Shown here in pieces: positions 1 to 12,474 of a stretch of DNA of 64,000 nucleotides. The position numbers and the translations under genes are program-made. The notes under the pieces were generated by a model. That model was given only the letters and a program-made list of their open reading frames with translations, was not told where the DNA came from and made no database searches. Source of the DNA: Balamuthia mandrillaris (Eukaryota); contig JAVKOQ020000046.1 in NCBI GenBank assembly GCA_031835245.2, positions 124,001-188,000 on the forward strand, given 5' to 3'. Each line of letters begins with the position of its first letter. Position 1 is the first letter of the stretch.

Positions 1-109
1 TTTGTGTTTATTGGGGAAACAAAAAAACCTGAGCCTTCCTCGGTTGAATGTTCGCTCTCCCTTGCTCTTCTCTTTCCCAACACGCCTTCTGGAATGTTGT
101 GTGTGGACT

Positions 110-545
110 TCATTGTTGTTGTCTGCTCTCCTCCTCCTTTTCTTGTTGAGCAAGAACAAGCCTTCTGATGGCCGCTTGCTCGAGAGCAATCTTTGAGGGG
201 GAACGTTTGAAGGCCTCGCTGGTGATGTGCTCCCGAAGGGCCTCGCTGAGCAGCGGCCACTGCTCTGTTCTCTCCACAAACCCAAAGTTGGCTATCATGA
301 AAGCCATTATTGCCTGTCGAAGACGGAATGCTTGATAGGTATCCGCGAATTGATAAAGCTCACATGCGTCCTCCGCTGGAAACGAAAAGCAATGATACCC
401 CAACGAATGAATATAAGCTGGATAATAATAATAATAATAATACGAGGAGACGAGACTTACCAGTAAACAAAGGATCTTCTCCTCTCAAATGATTCTTCAG
501 AATCCATATTTCGCAAATGTCTGCCAGTATCAAGAGAGTGAGAGT

Positions 546-586
<41 letters not shown>

Positions 587-3500
587 GTAAGCCCACAAGA
601 ACGACAAAGAGAGATAGACAGAGAGAGAGCGAGGAGCTAAAAGGGGAAGAGAGGCTACCAATAAGCGGTGGAAGGAAGTACTCGTTGGCCAGTTGAATCA
701 AGTCAAAAGCCAGCACTAAACTCTCTTTAATATCCATCGGCACATCCAACCACATTCGAAGGGGATCCTTGCTCTTCTTTTCCTTTCCAATCGTTGCCCC
801 ATCGTCTTCCACCTCTTTCCTCTCGTCCTGTTCTTGCTTAATTTTGTGCTTGGCGAAACGAAGCACATCTCCACTGTAGATGTACTCCAACAGATGAACA
901 AAGGTCTTCGCCGAGACGTCCTCGCGAATGGGAACGCCACGAAGAGAGACCGGTCGGAACGACCCAAAGAAGAACGTCGAGAAGTATTCGGACCGCAACA
1001 ACAACGAGAGATGAGCAGCAATCGGTTGATTTGTCCCTTCAACATTCTCCTCTTTCGTCTCTTCAGCTTCTGGTTCTTCTCGAGCGGAGTCACTAACCAG
1101 GAAAGTGATGTCGGTGCATTGAGAATTGTTGATCAACTCACGAAGGTCCTCATTCAAGTTGGAGAGAGGTAGCTGTTCCAAAGCAATCTCTTCTGAGAGA
1201 AGGTTGACTAGTTGCGAATGGTGATAGGTTTTCAGCGATAGTGCTTCTTCTGCCTCCATCTGCTTTCTTTGTTCATGTGTCTCCGACGAAAACTCTTGCA
1301 GCTTCCTGTTCAAAGTCTCTTGGTACTCTCTCGTCAAAACGGCACGAAGCTCTCGCCTTCTTCTCGTTTGCGTTTGTTTCTTTTTACAAACCACTTCTGC
1401 CACTTTAGCTTTTATCTCTGCATTCATTTGTTGAGTGAAGGAGTCGATCAGGCTTTGTCTCTCTCGCTCCCATTTTCTGTCTTGGTTTACCTTTCTGTGA
1501 GACAGCTGTTGTTTCATATGTTGGAGAAGAATGTCGTAGTTGATGTTGGGAAAGATGCGGCTGTTCAGGAGCTTGTCGCAGGCTTCGAAGAGAACCCTAA
1601 GGGCTTTGCGTTGTCGGTATTGTTTGCTGAGCTCTTGAAGCCGTTCCAACAGGTCCACGCGAGGAAAGAAGAAATTGCCACAATAAGTGTATTCCAACAA
1701 CGCGCGGAGAAGAAGGGACGGATAGTTCGTGTGGATGACTTCTTTTTCTCGCTTGTGATTGCTTTCTTCTTCATCTTTCTCTTTTTGTTTTTCCAGTTCT
1801 TGTTCTGTTTTCCTGTGGGAGAAGAGCCGAAGGTACATTTCGTTGCCCATCAGATCTATCAACAAAGCTTTTGGCAGTCTTGCTTTAAGGATGTAACTGT
1901 GGGCATATAATACATTGTCGCTCTTCTTCTTCTCCTCCTGTTCTACTTCCTTGGCTTTGGTGGGTTCAGCGTCTCCTTCCTTCCGGTCTTTGTTTTCCAG
2001 GTCATTCGTATCGTCAGAGGAATGGTTGCAATGAAAGACGATGTCCGGCTGTTCGGTGGGAATGTTTTGTCGTTGCTCTTCAGTCAGCTTGTTGCGCCCT
2101 CCTTTGGCATAACAAAACGTTTCCATTTCTTCTATCGTCAGCTCCGAAGAGGAAGAAGAAGCAGCAGCAGCAGCAGCAGAAGAAGAAGAAGAAGAAGAAG
2201 AAGAAGAAGAAGAAGAAGAAGAAGAAGAAGAAGAAGAAGAAGAATCGGAGCAAGAAGAAGCAAGGGCGGAAAGGGGATTGAAACGAAAGAAGAGCAAGAG
2301 CAAGTGGGTGTGAATGGTAGGCTGAGCGCCTGCCTTATGAAGATAGCGCGCCGCGTCGTAATGTCGTCCGAATAGAGCCAGGTCCAACATGGAGAAACCT
2401 GCTGTGCTGTTGTGCCACGCATGTAAGAACAAGAACAAAGAAGAACGAAGGAAACGGGAAAGAAGAAGAACCAGAAGAAAGGAGTTAGCTCTAAGAGAAA
2501 TACTTACATATGGTAGTCACGGTTGACAGCCAAAGGAAGGATCTCGTTGTGCATCTGCAAAGTGATGAGTTGGCCGGCGAGAGAGGCTCTGCCCAAAGGA
2601 AGTATGTTCTTCTTGATGACTTTTGGGCTGTTGCGAATGGTCCTTCCGCCCATTTTGGCGTCTTTGCCATACGTCTTCAAGTTGTGTTCTCTGTTATAAC
2701 GTATTCGTCAGGAAGGAGGAATGAAGAGGGACAGAGGAGAGGAGGCAAGAAGAAGAAGAAGAAGAAGAAGAAGAAGAAGAAGAAGAAGAACAAGAACAAG
2801 AACAAGAACAAGAAGAACAAGAAGAAGAAGAACAAGAAGAAGAAGAAGAAGAACAAGAAGAACAAGAAGAAGAAGAAGAAGAAGAAGAACAAGAACAAGA
2901 AGAAGAAGAAGAAGAAGAAGAAGAAGAAGAAGAAGAACAAGAAGAAGAAGAAGAACAAGAAGAAGAACAAGAAGAAGAAGAAGAAGAAGAAGAAGAACAA
3001 GAACAAGAACAAGAAGAAGAAGAAGAAGAAGAACAAGAAGAAAAGAAGAAGAAGAAGCAGAAGAACAAGAAGAAGCAGAAGAACAAGAAGAAGAAGAACA
3101 AGAAGAAGAAGAAGAAGAAGAAGAAGAACAAGAACAAGAACAAGAAGAAGAACAAGAAGAAGAAGAAGAAGAAGAAGAAGAAGAAGAACAAGAAGGAGAT
3201 CGAAGAAAGAGGCAAAAAAAGACAAACTTGATCATTTGCCGAATTGCAAGCGTAAGGCTTCCCAAATAACATCTCTCTCCTTCTATTGTCCTAAGGTCCA
3301 CTTTTGTTGTGTTGGTTAGACCCAAAAAAACATCAATCCACAAAGAATAACGTACAAGTGGCTCCGTGTTGCAACAGCAGGAACAAGATCTGAGAATGAC
3401 CACAAAGGCAAGCATAGTAGACCGGGGTGTTGCCGTAGCCATCCCTCTCATTGACGTCGAACGTCTCGTTTTGCAGGAGGGTGCGCACCCGGTTCGTGTT

Positions 3501-3620
3501 GCCGCTCTTCACGGCATAGTGCAGCTCCCATCTTTCCTTGTGCTCATCGGCGGAGCGGCGGAGCGCGTCACGGCTGCCTTTGAGCGAACGGCGTAACTTC
3601 TCGCGTCCTCTTGATTGCAT
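110..3620 (-). CDS. Ankyrin repeat and BTB/POZ domain protein (ABTB1-like), spliced
   Basis: ANK repeats LHYAVKSGNTNRVRTLL...DGYGNTPVYYACLCGH; exon TIEGERCYLGSLTLAIRQMI resembles ABTB1; two BTB-like segments (LYAHSYILKAR...LLEYTYCG and TDITF...AAHLSLLLRSEYF...LLEYIYSG); BACK-like tail ending at 110. Start codon approximate. Confidence 0.8.
2748..3195. repeat. Intronic compound (GAA)n/(GAACAA)n microsatellite
   Basis: Direct sequence; lies between exons of the ANK-BTB gene. Confidence 0.95.
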
Positions 3621-3956
3621 CTCTTTCTGCTGCTGCTTCTGTGCTTTGTCTTGTTTTTTGAACACAGTTCGAACAAAAGCAAAGAGACGAGTTTCACGGA
3701 AACAAAGAGAGGAAACAAACGAGATCTCTTTTTTTTACAGCGAAAACTATAACGATCGCTATAGTTTTTGCGCAATGGTCAAACTGTTACTCGCTACTAT
3801 CGCCTCTCCTTCCAAACTGTTACACCGGTGAACAAAAGGAGAGAGCTGCGGTCCTTTCAGCTTTCGGAGACATGATCCCTCCGCTGCTTGGACATGCTGA
3901 AGATGAGCATGGAACCAAGCGCAACAAAAGACCATTCGATACTGCTTTGGGCATGT

Positions 3957-5474
3957 TCAAAAGGACACAGCCCTTTTTAAAGGCCTGCCTTTCCGATACA
4001 ATTGCCTGTTCCTGAGGTAAACATACAAGAGGACAGCAATGATGGTCGCGAGACACAGGACCATGGTAATGGGCACCACTATATACGCGATGTCTTCATT
4101 GTCGTCATCGTCATCGTCATCGTCATCATCATCTTCCGCGAAGATGGCCCCCAATGTTGGATCGTAACTGTGTTGAAGATGTAAGGACAGTGAAGGAGGT
4201 ATTCAGAAAAGAGAGGAGAGGAAGCGAGCAGAGACGTACAAGATGTGATTCTCAAATACATCAAAGACGAACCGTAAGCGAAAACTCACACCGCTTTCGT
4301 CACCCACCTCCTGAAGCACGATGTAGGGCACGGACAGCGTCTCCCCATCGTGTTTGTAAGTCTGCATAAGGCGAAGTATCCATGAATGGTGATTGTAAGC
4401 AAATACAATGGCTTCAACGTGCATCGGATCGCCACGAACTCGCCATTCCATCTGTGGAGGCACTTCCCATTCCATTACCACGTGGAAGGAGTTGTTGGAA
4501 GACTCAAACGCACTAAGAAGAAGAAGGTGAGGAAGAGGACGGTGAGGAAGAGAAGAAAAAGAACAACCTTCCATGAACCCCAAATGCGAACTTAAAACAG
4601 TTTTCTTCAACCTGTAAAAAGGCATCGGAGTCTGTTGGATCCATTGAAAGCACGGCGGTTTCATTGAAGACTTGGCTCAGCATGGCAAACGTTCCTCCTC
4701 CCAAGCGGCTGGCTGACAGCGTCAAAGGAGTACTTTGCAGAAAGCTAAGAGCCTCAGAGTGGAGCATCCCTGCAGGGATGTAAAAAGGCATGTCTTCCTT
4801 GTTCACGCCCATTGTGGATATCTGATCCGTCATGTTAAGTGCTGATCCTTGGTTAGCAAAGAGAGAAGAAGAAGAAGAAGAAGAAGAAGAAGAAGAAGAA
4901 GAAGAAGAAGAAGAAGAAGAAGAAGAAGAAGAAGAAGAAGAAGAAGAAGAAGAAGAAGAAGAAGAAGAAGAAGAAGAAGAAGAAGAAGAAGAAGAAGAAG
5001 AAGAACAAGAAGAAGAAGAAGAAGCAGAAGAACAAGAACAAGAACAAGAACAAGAACAAGAACAAGAACAAGAACAAGAACAAGAACAAGGAGTAGAAAG
5101 AAGAAGACGATGAAGAGGAGGAGAGAAGTACTTATTTTCAACACAGCTTCGCCCAAGTCGCCGATAGGATCCAACAAACTGCCGATTCCTCGCTCTATGG
5201 AGGATGAAGGCGATAACGGAGGTCGTTCTTCCAGTTCCAGGAAACGCACCTCCAACGGAGCCAACCCCGTTTCTTCGCCATCCTCCAAAAGTGCAAGAGA
5301 GAAGCCATTTCTCTCGGGTGGGAGCGTGGCTCTCACCTGCGGTGTCTTCATCTCAACGGTGCCATCTTCGAACCGTTTCACGGAGACATCAGATGCCGAG
5401 GACAAGGATGTTGTCAAGGCTATCAGGAGAAGGAGAGGGAGACCGCAAGAAGCTTCGCGAGGAGAGCTTCTCAT
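3957..5474 (-). CDS. Type I single-pass membrane protein of unknown function, spliced
   Basis: Signal peptide (LPLLLLIALTTSLSSA), three or four exons, poly-Asp stalk, TM helix IAYIVVPITMVLCLATIIAVLLYVYL followed by a basic stop-transfer RNR. Confidence 0.65.
4864..5090. repeat. Intronic (GAA)n/(GAACAA)n microsatellite
   Basis: Direct sequence. Confidence 0.95.
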
Positions 5475-5580
5475 TTGTGTTTTATACTTCCTGACTGTAT
5501 GTCCCTTCCGCCTTAAATCAGCTAAAGGTCACCACTGCTTTTTACCTTTTGTTGAGGGTCAGAAGCTGCCACAAGAGAGA

Positions 5581-5612
<32 letters not shown>

Positions 5613-5952
5613 AGAAAACGTGCCGGAGAATAAGCTCAGGTGTGTGGTGATGCTATGTTTGAACGAGAGCGCACAACAGAAAAACGTCCTGAACTGACAC
5701 ATAGTGCAGAAGAAGAGGCTCGGGCAGTTGCCATAGAGATTATCGACCCCACCAGCCGGTTGATCCCGAACCGTTCCGACCACTCGACATTGTAAGGGAG
5801 GCGAACACTAGCACGCCAGCGTGTGTTTACTGCTCTCTTCATCCTACGTTGCCGGGGAGGCATTCCAAGAAAATAGAGCGCGCTCGCAAGTCGGACACGG
5901 TCAGTGTTCCCGGACGTGCGCGGGTAAATAAATGGCGAGAGAGGAAATGCTT

Positions 5953-7159
5953 TCATTCTTGTTTTACGGCAGAGCTTGGCCTGCCAAACTTTGGCAAAGG
6001 GATCCACACAGAGGTTCTGCTCTGATACTCTCCGTACAGCTTCCTCCTGGCCTCCACGCGGAGGATGCGCCTCTCCGTCATGACCGTCACCACCGCCAGC
6101 ACCACCGAGTTGAGGAAGGTGCCCGCCACGACCCAAGGCTGGCCCAGCAGCACCCCAAAGCCCGCCAGGGACCACCACCACAGCTGCTCTCCAAAGTAGT
6201 TGGGGTGGCGGGAGTACCTCCACAGCCCTCGGTCCAAGAGCAGCTCCTTGGGCTCCCCTCTGGCCGCTCGCCTCTCGTTCGCCAGCATGAACTCTCTCAG
6301 CTGCGTGTCCGCCACGTAGGCGATCCACAGCCCCGCCACGCATCCCGCCGCGCAGAGACCCTCACCCCAGGACAGTCCCCACGCCTCTCCGTTTCCGTGG
6401 TGCACCGCGTAGAGCGGCAGGCAAATGCCCACCAACATGGGCTGCTGCGACACGAACGCGACCCAAAGGCTCAAAAAGCCCCACACCAAGGCCCCATGCC
6501 TCTGCCTCATGTCGGCAAAGCGCCAGTCCTCCCTCACCCCAAAGCGCCACTCCTCCCGCCGAAAGTAGGAGTGCGTCAGGCGGAGGCTCCACAGCCAGAG
6601 CAGCACGGTGCAGAGGAGGCTGCGGAGAGTGAGGGTCTCGTTGGCCAGCGGATGGTACATAAAGTAGTGGTTGATCATCACCGGAGCGATGGTCCTGCAA
6701 AGCAACAGCTTTTTGTATGAGAAGAAGAAGAGTGAGAGAGGGAGAGAGAGAGAGAGAGTACCAGTAAGGGTCGATGAGCCAAGTGCTGCGTTGGAAGAGA
6801 TTGATGAGCCAAAAGAGGAGGCAGACAAACACGAAGAAAAGCACGTTGAGAAAGCCGACCGGGTGCAAGAGGCTGTATTTGCACCACAGGTCTTGGTCTT
6901 GCCAGCGCTGCGAGTCCCCTAGCACGTCCCACAGCCCCACGTCAGCCTTTTAATCATCATCCTCCTTCCGTCAATATGAAGCCTAATCTACAAAAGATGA
7001 TGAAGAGGAGAAGCGTACGCCTTGGGGGAGGTCGTTTAACGCGGCGGCGGTACAAGTGTCGTTCCACCATCGCACGAAAAGGACGGGAGGGATGCCCACC
7101 GCCACCATCAAAAACGCGTTAAACAAGTTCTTGGCTGAAAGATGGCCAGGTAAATCCAT
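5953..7159 (-). CDS. DUF1295 / steroid 5-alpha-reductase-like membrane protein, spliced
   Basis: STWLIDPYW, REDWRF, ADTQLREF, GLWRYSRHPNYFGEQLWWW, Y.EYQSRTSVWIP motifs. Confidence 0.9.
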
Positions 7160-7491
7160 TTTTTTTTTTGTAACTTTCTTTTTTTTTTTTTCAGTACAAA
7201 GCTTGCTATAGATCACAACCAACGTTGCGAGAGTGAGAGGAAAAGAAGAAAAAGAGGAGGTACAAGGACGATCAGAGCAGCAGCTGCCCCGACGTGGAGG
7301 AGGCGTAATGCTCTCGTCCTCGCGATCCCTTTCTATTTTTGTTATCGACATTTCCAAACAATTATCGAAATTTTTCAGTGATACTCAACTTATTTCCATT
7401 TTATTGAATACTCGATGATAATACCACAATGTTTAAAAAATCAATAAAGTTGAAAAATATTTTGAATTATTAAAAAGAACTTTGAAGAAAG

Positions 7492-8963
7492 ATGAAAGCC
7501 GGAGCATCGTCCACGCCGCGGTTGGCCTCCACCTTGCTGCTGGCGGCTCGCTGCGCACCGTCCAGCGTGCTCGGCGGCGGGTGCGACTACAAGCTGTTGA
7601 TGGTGAAGCGAGCGATGAAAGCGCGGTTCATGCCTGGCGTTCATGTCTTTCCGGGTTTCTTTCTGCTTTCCTCTTTTTCTTGTTCTTCTTCTTGTTCTTC
7701 TTGTTCTTGTTCTTCTTCTTCTTCTTCTTCTTCTTCTTCTTCTTTTTTGTTCTTCTTCTTCTTCTTCTTTTATGCTGATATCTGAAAACCAAAAGGAGGA
7801 GTGTTGGAGGAATCAGACAAAGATCCGATCTGGTATGCTCTCTTTGAGCGTCAAAGAAAGGTGATGCCTACGTCGTTTTCTTCTTCTTCTTCGTCGTTGT
7901 CGACCTCTTCGTTGGCGTTGAGAGTGGCGGCCATTCGTGAGCTCTTTGAGGAGACGAACGTGCTTTTGACCCATCCGCCGTCCACCATGCTCAAAGAGGA
8001 GGGAGAGGGAGAGCAGGGACGAAGGAGGTGGCGGGAGAGCGTGCAGAAGGATGCTGGTCAGTTTGCACGACTGTTTCAGCAGTTGTCTTCTGGTCCTCGT
8101 AATCATGGTATCATGCCTCTCTTTTTATCTTTCTCTTTCTCTTTCTCTTACTCTTACTCTTTCTCTTCTCTCTTGCTGTATTACGCGAATGCTTCTCTCT
8201 TCTGTTGTCTGACTGAGGAAAAAAGAGGACAAAGGAAGTCTTGTCTTACCCGATGTACATAGCCTCATTCCTTGGTACATCACTCTTCTTATTGCTTTCG
8301 TTCCTCTTCAGCAAATATGGTTGGAATGAACTCGTAATTCTTTCTTCACACAGGTCTCATTGGGTGACACCTGCTCAAGAGCGTTGGCGTTATGACACAT
8401 ACTTCTACTTTGCCATAACGGAGAGCATCCCAACCAGAGTAATGCAGGACCAAAGCGAGGTGACCTCCTTTGACTGGTTTAGTCCAGAGGAGGCGTTGCG
8501 CTCCTTTCAAGAAGGAACCATCAGCTTGGCTCCTCCCACTTGGCTCCTGTTGCAAGAGCTCCGCTGCGACTATCCAACGCTTTCTCACTTTGACTCTCTT
8601 CTTTCTTCTCCTTATTCTTCCGTTGATGGGAGGAGAGCGAAGAACGAAGAGATAAGAAGAAGCAGAGACATGAGTCCGATCCAACCGGATATCAAACAAG
8701 ATGAAGAAGGAAAAGTGGCCATTTGTTTACCAGGAGACAAAGACCACCACCTAACTTTGGAGAAGCAGAAGAAGAACGAAACAGAAGGAGAATGCGCTGG
8801 CAGCAACACCTTCCGGCGAATTGTACTTTTGAAGAAGAACGAGTTTATGTTTCAGAACGACAACAAGAAAAGCGAGGAGCTGCTGGAAAGGAAGAGGATG
8901 ACTGAAGAAGAAGCGTTGGCAGAGTCTGTTTTCTTACAGCTAAAACACTCTGCTGCATTGTGA
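7492..8963 (+). CDS. Nudix hydrolase, NUDT19-like (acyl-CoA diphosphatase family), spliced
   Basis: LLMVKRAMKARFMPGVHVFPG|GVLE; AAIRELFEET Nudix box; HWVTP...RYDTYFY; LAPPT. Confidence 0.85.
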
Positions 8964-10107
8964 CGTTGCGCACAACACGCAACGACCAGTTTGCATGAAT
9001 GAGGAAACAATAGAAATACTTCACAAATACTTTCCAGAGAGTTTCTTTTGCTCTTCAGAAGCAACAAACCTACTTCAACACACACTGAGAGAGGACGAGA
9101 ATGAAAGGACTGAAAATATTTTCACCAAACGAAAGCAAATGCTCCCCTCTCCTCACAAAAAGGACAGCTCTCCAACAGATGAAAGTTGAACGAAAAACAA
9201 TAATGAATCATCAGATGAAGGAAAAAAAGGATTTGGCAGGTCACGTTTTTGGAAAAAAGAGTTCCAGAAGAGAAGACGCCACTTATAAGCGTCTTTCCCG
9301 TCACATACATCCCTGCCCTCCGCCAGTTTCTACGGGAGCTTCCACGCGAACGCCAATCGTAAAAAATATGCATAGTGGCCAGTAATAATTATAAAATATT
9401 CCTAATACTTTCCTTTTATAGACCAATTTTCTGATTATCGTGATTGCGTGGGGACTTTTCGATATCTTTTCGCGGAGGATCGAAAGAAATTACGATCCAA
9501 ACTTGCCTTTTTCGCGCGACTCCTTCCATAAAAGGTTTCATTGAATGAAAGGGCGGGAGTAGGCAGAAAATCGGCGTTGATTTCACGGCTGCAACATGCC
9601 TCGTTTCTGCCGGCATGCTCATACTCCTTCTGCGGGATTTAGCGTGGTCCGCCGTCTGGAAGTTTTCCTTTTGATACGAAGGACGGGGGCGCCCGCTGGC
9701 CCACCGTCATATCATCTATCTTTTTCTCAACTCTCATTCAAAAAAAAAAACAACCGACCATCCAAAACCGACTATTTATAAAAGTTGACGGGTTCGCATT
9801 CTCATTCTTTCTTTTTTGTAACATTCACACCAAACCAAGACTTGCACCCACCACCATTACTTCCCCCCCCCCACCCAAACTCCTCCACTGGCCACCCTAT
9901 AGTACACCTTGTGAATTGTTCCTGCATCGATCATCTACAAGCTTTGCACCAGGAGAGTTCAGCTTTTTGTTTTTTTTTTTAATTTTTTTGTGTGTTGTTG
10001 TACGTTTAAACACTGATATCAGTGGGACGACTACAAACTCTTTAGACTTCTGTTTATTTGTTTTTAGTATTATTATTATTATTTTTTATTTTTTTGAAGA
10101 AGCAGGA

Positions 10108-12294
10108 ATGGAGGTGGAGAGCATTACCAGCCAACAAGAACCCGAAATCAGTCATAGACGACAGAAAGAAGAGGAAGAGGAAGAGGAGGAACATGAGGAA
10201 TCCGTTCTTATGATAGAGGAGGAAGAGGAAGAGGAACAGGACAGGGAAACTGGGGTAACGGATGAAGAGGACAACAACAGAAACAACAATATAGTGGAAG
10301 AAGGAGCAGCCTCTGAAACCACCCAGGAGAGCGAGAACGAAGAGAGGCTTCGTCATCGCCCTTCCGTCGTCATTCCGAAACCTAGAATAGAGCCCTTGTT
10401 GCCCTCTTTCTTTGCATCAGAGCCACTTCATCATCATTGTACGCTTCCCCGTTCCTCTCCACATGCTCCTCTTGTTTTTCTGACATAGCACTCTCTGGGC
10501 AGCATTACACCTTCATTCGACGGCAGCAACGAACCGAAAACGAAGACTCAGTGAGGAGAGACGTGAGGGCTCAACGTCGGCCTTCAAGGCGGTCGTCAGA
10601 ATGAAGCCACAAGGCGAAGAAGAACGGGAGGGAGAGGAGGAAGAGAGCTCCTCCTCTTCTTCATCGTCCTCTTCAGCTCGGTGGTACCATTCCGCTTCTG
10701 CAAAGAGAGAGCGCAGGAGCGATGACAGCAACGGCACCAAAGTATCACTTCCGCCTTTGTCGGCCCTTTCCGAATGCGCTTCTCTCCTTCCTCCTATCTC
10801 CTCTTCCTCCTCTTCTCTTCCATTCATACCTTCCACGCCCTCTTCCTCTGCACCCAACAGACCTCAGCTCCCTCCGTTGGCACGTCCTCAACCTCAGCCA
10901 AAGTTCCCTGAAGTTCATCCATCCGCTTCAGCAGCTCGTTCGGTCTCGTTTCCTCCAGCAGAGGACCAGCAGCACCACGTCAGAAGACCTCCTCCTTCGC
11001 TTGCTCCGCCCCAAAGGGATGACTTCCAGAGGATGTATCCCTATCTCGACAAAGACCAACTTCAAGTGCTGGTCAGTTCCTTCATGCAAACGAGTCGAGT
11101 CCAACAAAGTAAAGACGGATCACCCATGACCGTCGCTCCTCACGAAGTCGCAGCTGCTCAGCTCCTCTCCGCCTGGCAAAAGCACACCAGCAAACTCTCC
11201 TCGTCTTGTTCTTCTCCATCGTCTTCGGCTTCGTTCACCTATGGGGAAGGCGTCCAGCTGGAGGAGAGAAGAAAGATGGGATACGCCCACCATCGCGAGA
11301 GACCCGGCTCGTGTTCTTCGGAGGACATCTCCTCATTCCGTTCGTTCTTGCAGCAACAGCTGATCGCTCTGAAGCGTCAACAAGAACACCAAAACGCTGG
11401 ACGTGCTTCATCCACAACCACAAACGATCCGAACTTACAACACATTCATAACCTTCTTAGCATGCGCCTTAGCTCCTCTGCTGTGTCTTCCTCTTGTTTG
11501 ACATCTTCCTGTTCCATGCCATCTACCTCAGTTTCCTCTCCTCTGCCTCCTTCTCCTGCTTCCGGGGTTGCTTCGTCCTCCTCTGCATCTTCTTCTCTTC
11601 CAATGGAACTGCTGCGAGAGAGAGCCTCCAGCATTCAGTCGCCGGAGAACTTGCAGGAATACTTGGCGACCTTCACTGAGAACATGCGAGAGATCTCCGA
11701 AATCAAACACAACAAGCTTCGCAACAAACTGTTGAAGCAACAGGTAGCGCTCCTCTTCCTTCTTCCTTCTCCCTTCTTCCTTCTCTTTTTTCCCTTCGTT
11801 CCGCTTTTTTCTCACTCCAACGTTGTTGCAAGAAGGGAGCAGAAAGCAACAAAAAGATCAAGAAGGGCCGAAGAAAGCCGAGGCGTCTCAAAGGGCCGCA
11901 AGTCTTTCTTCTGGAAGAGGTCTTCAAGCTGAACCCGGTGCCTAACTCCAAGACAAAGCAAAAGCTGGCCGAACAGCTCGGCGTCAGCAACCGCCGCATC
12001 CAGGTTTGGTTCCAAAATAGAAGAGCCAAGGTTCGAAAGATCAGCAAAAACATGACCACCCCTTCTCCTTCCTCTTCTTCCTCAACCACAACCACTTCTT
12101 CGACTTCAACTGCAACCACGTCTTCTTTTTCCGATGCTTATGTGTCGTCTTCCTCTTCACCTTCTTCTTCAAGACCAGCGAGTCCCACAAGAACCACAAC
12201 AACCTCAACACTCCCGATGTCTTTATCCTCTCTTCTTTCAGGAGCTCCACTTCCACTTTCTCCATCTGCCTCGTCGTCCGTGCTCAAAGCATAG
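10108..12294 (+). CDS. Homeobox transcription factor with C-terminal homeodomain, spliced
   Basis: LLEEVFKLNPVPNSKTKQKLAEQLGVSNRRIQVWFQNRRAK at about 11905-12030; long S/P/Q-rich N-terminus. Confidence 0.9.
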
Positions 12295-12474
12295 CGGTTA
12301 AAAAAAAACTACTATAGTGGTTTTTTTTTTGTTTTGTTGAATGCTCCAATTTTGTTTTTGTTTTGTAAAAGAAAATGTAAATTTTTGTTAAATAAAAAAA
12401 AGAAAAGAAGAAAGAAAAGAAGAAAGAAAACCCTTCTCTGTTCGTTTTTCTTTTGTGTTGTGTTGTGTTGGTTT

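Noticed and set aside
2510..3451. Long poly-K/R/E/F/L/S ORFs over GAA tracts (also near 4830, 20450, 37970, 55100, 59250)
   Set aside because: Stop-free translations of intronic microsatellites, not proteins
8995..9385. Short ORFs downstream of the Nudix gene
   Set aside because: No motif or splice support; probably UTR or intergenic
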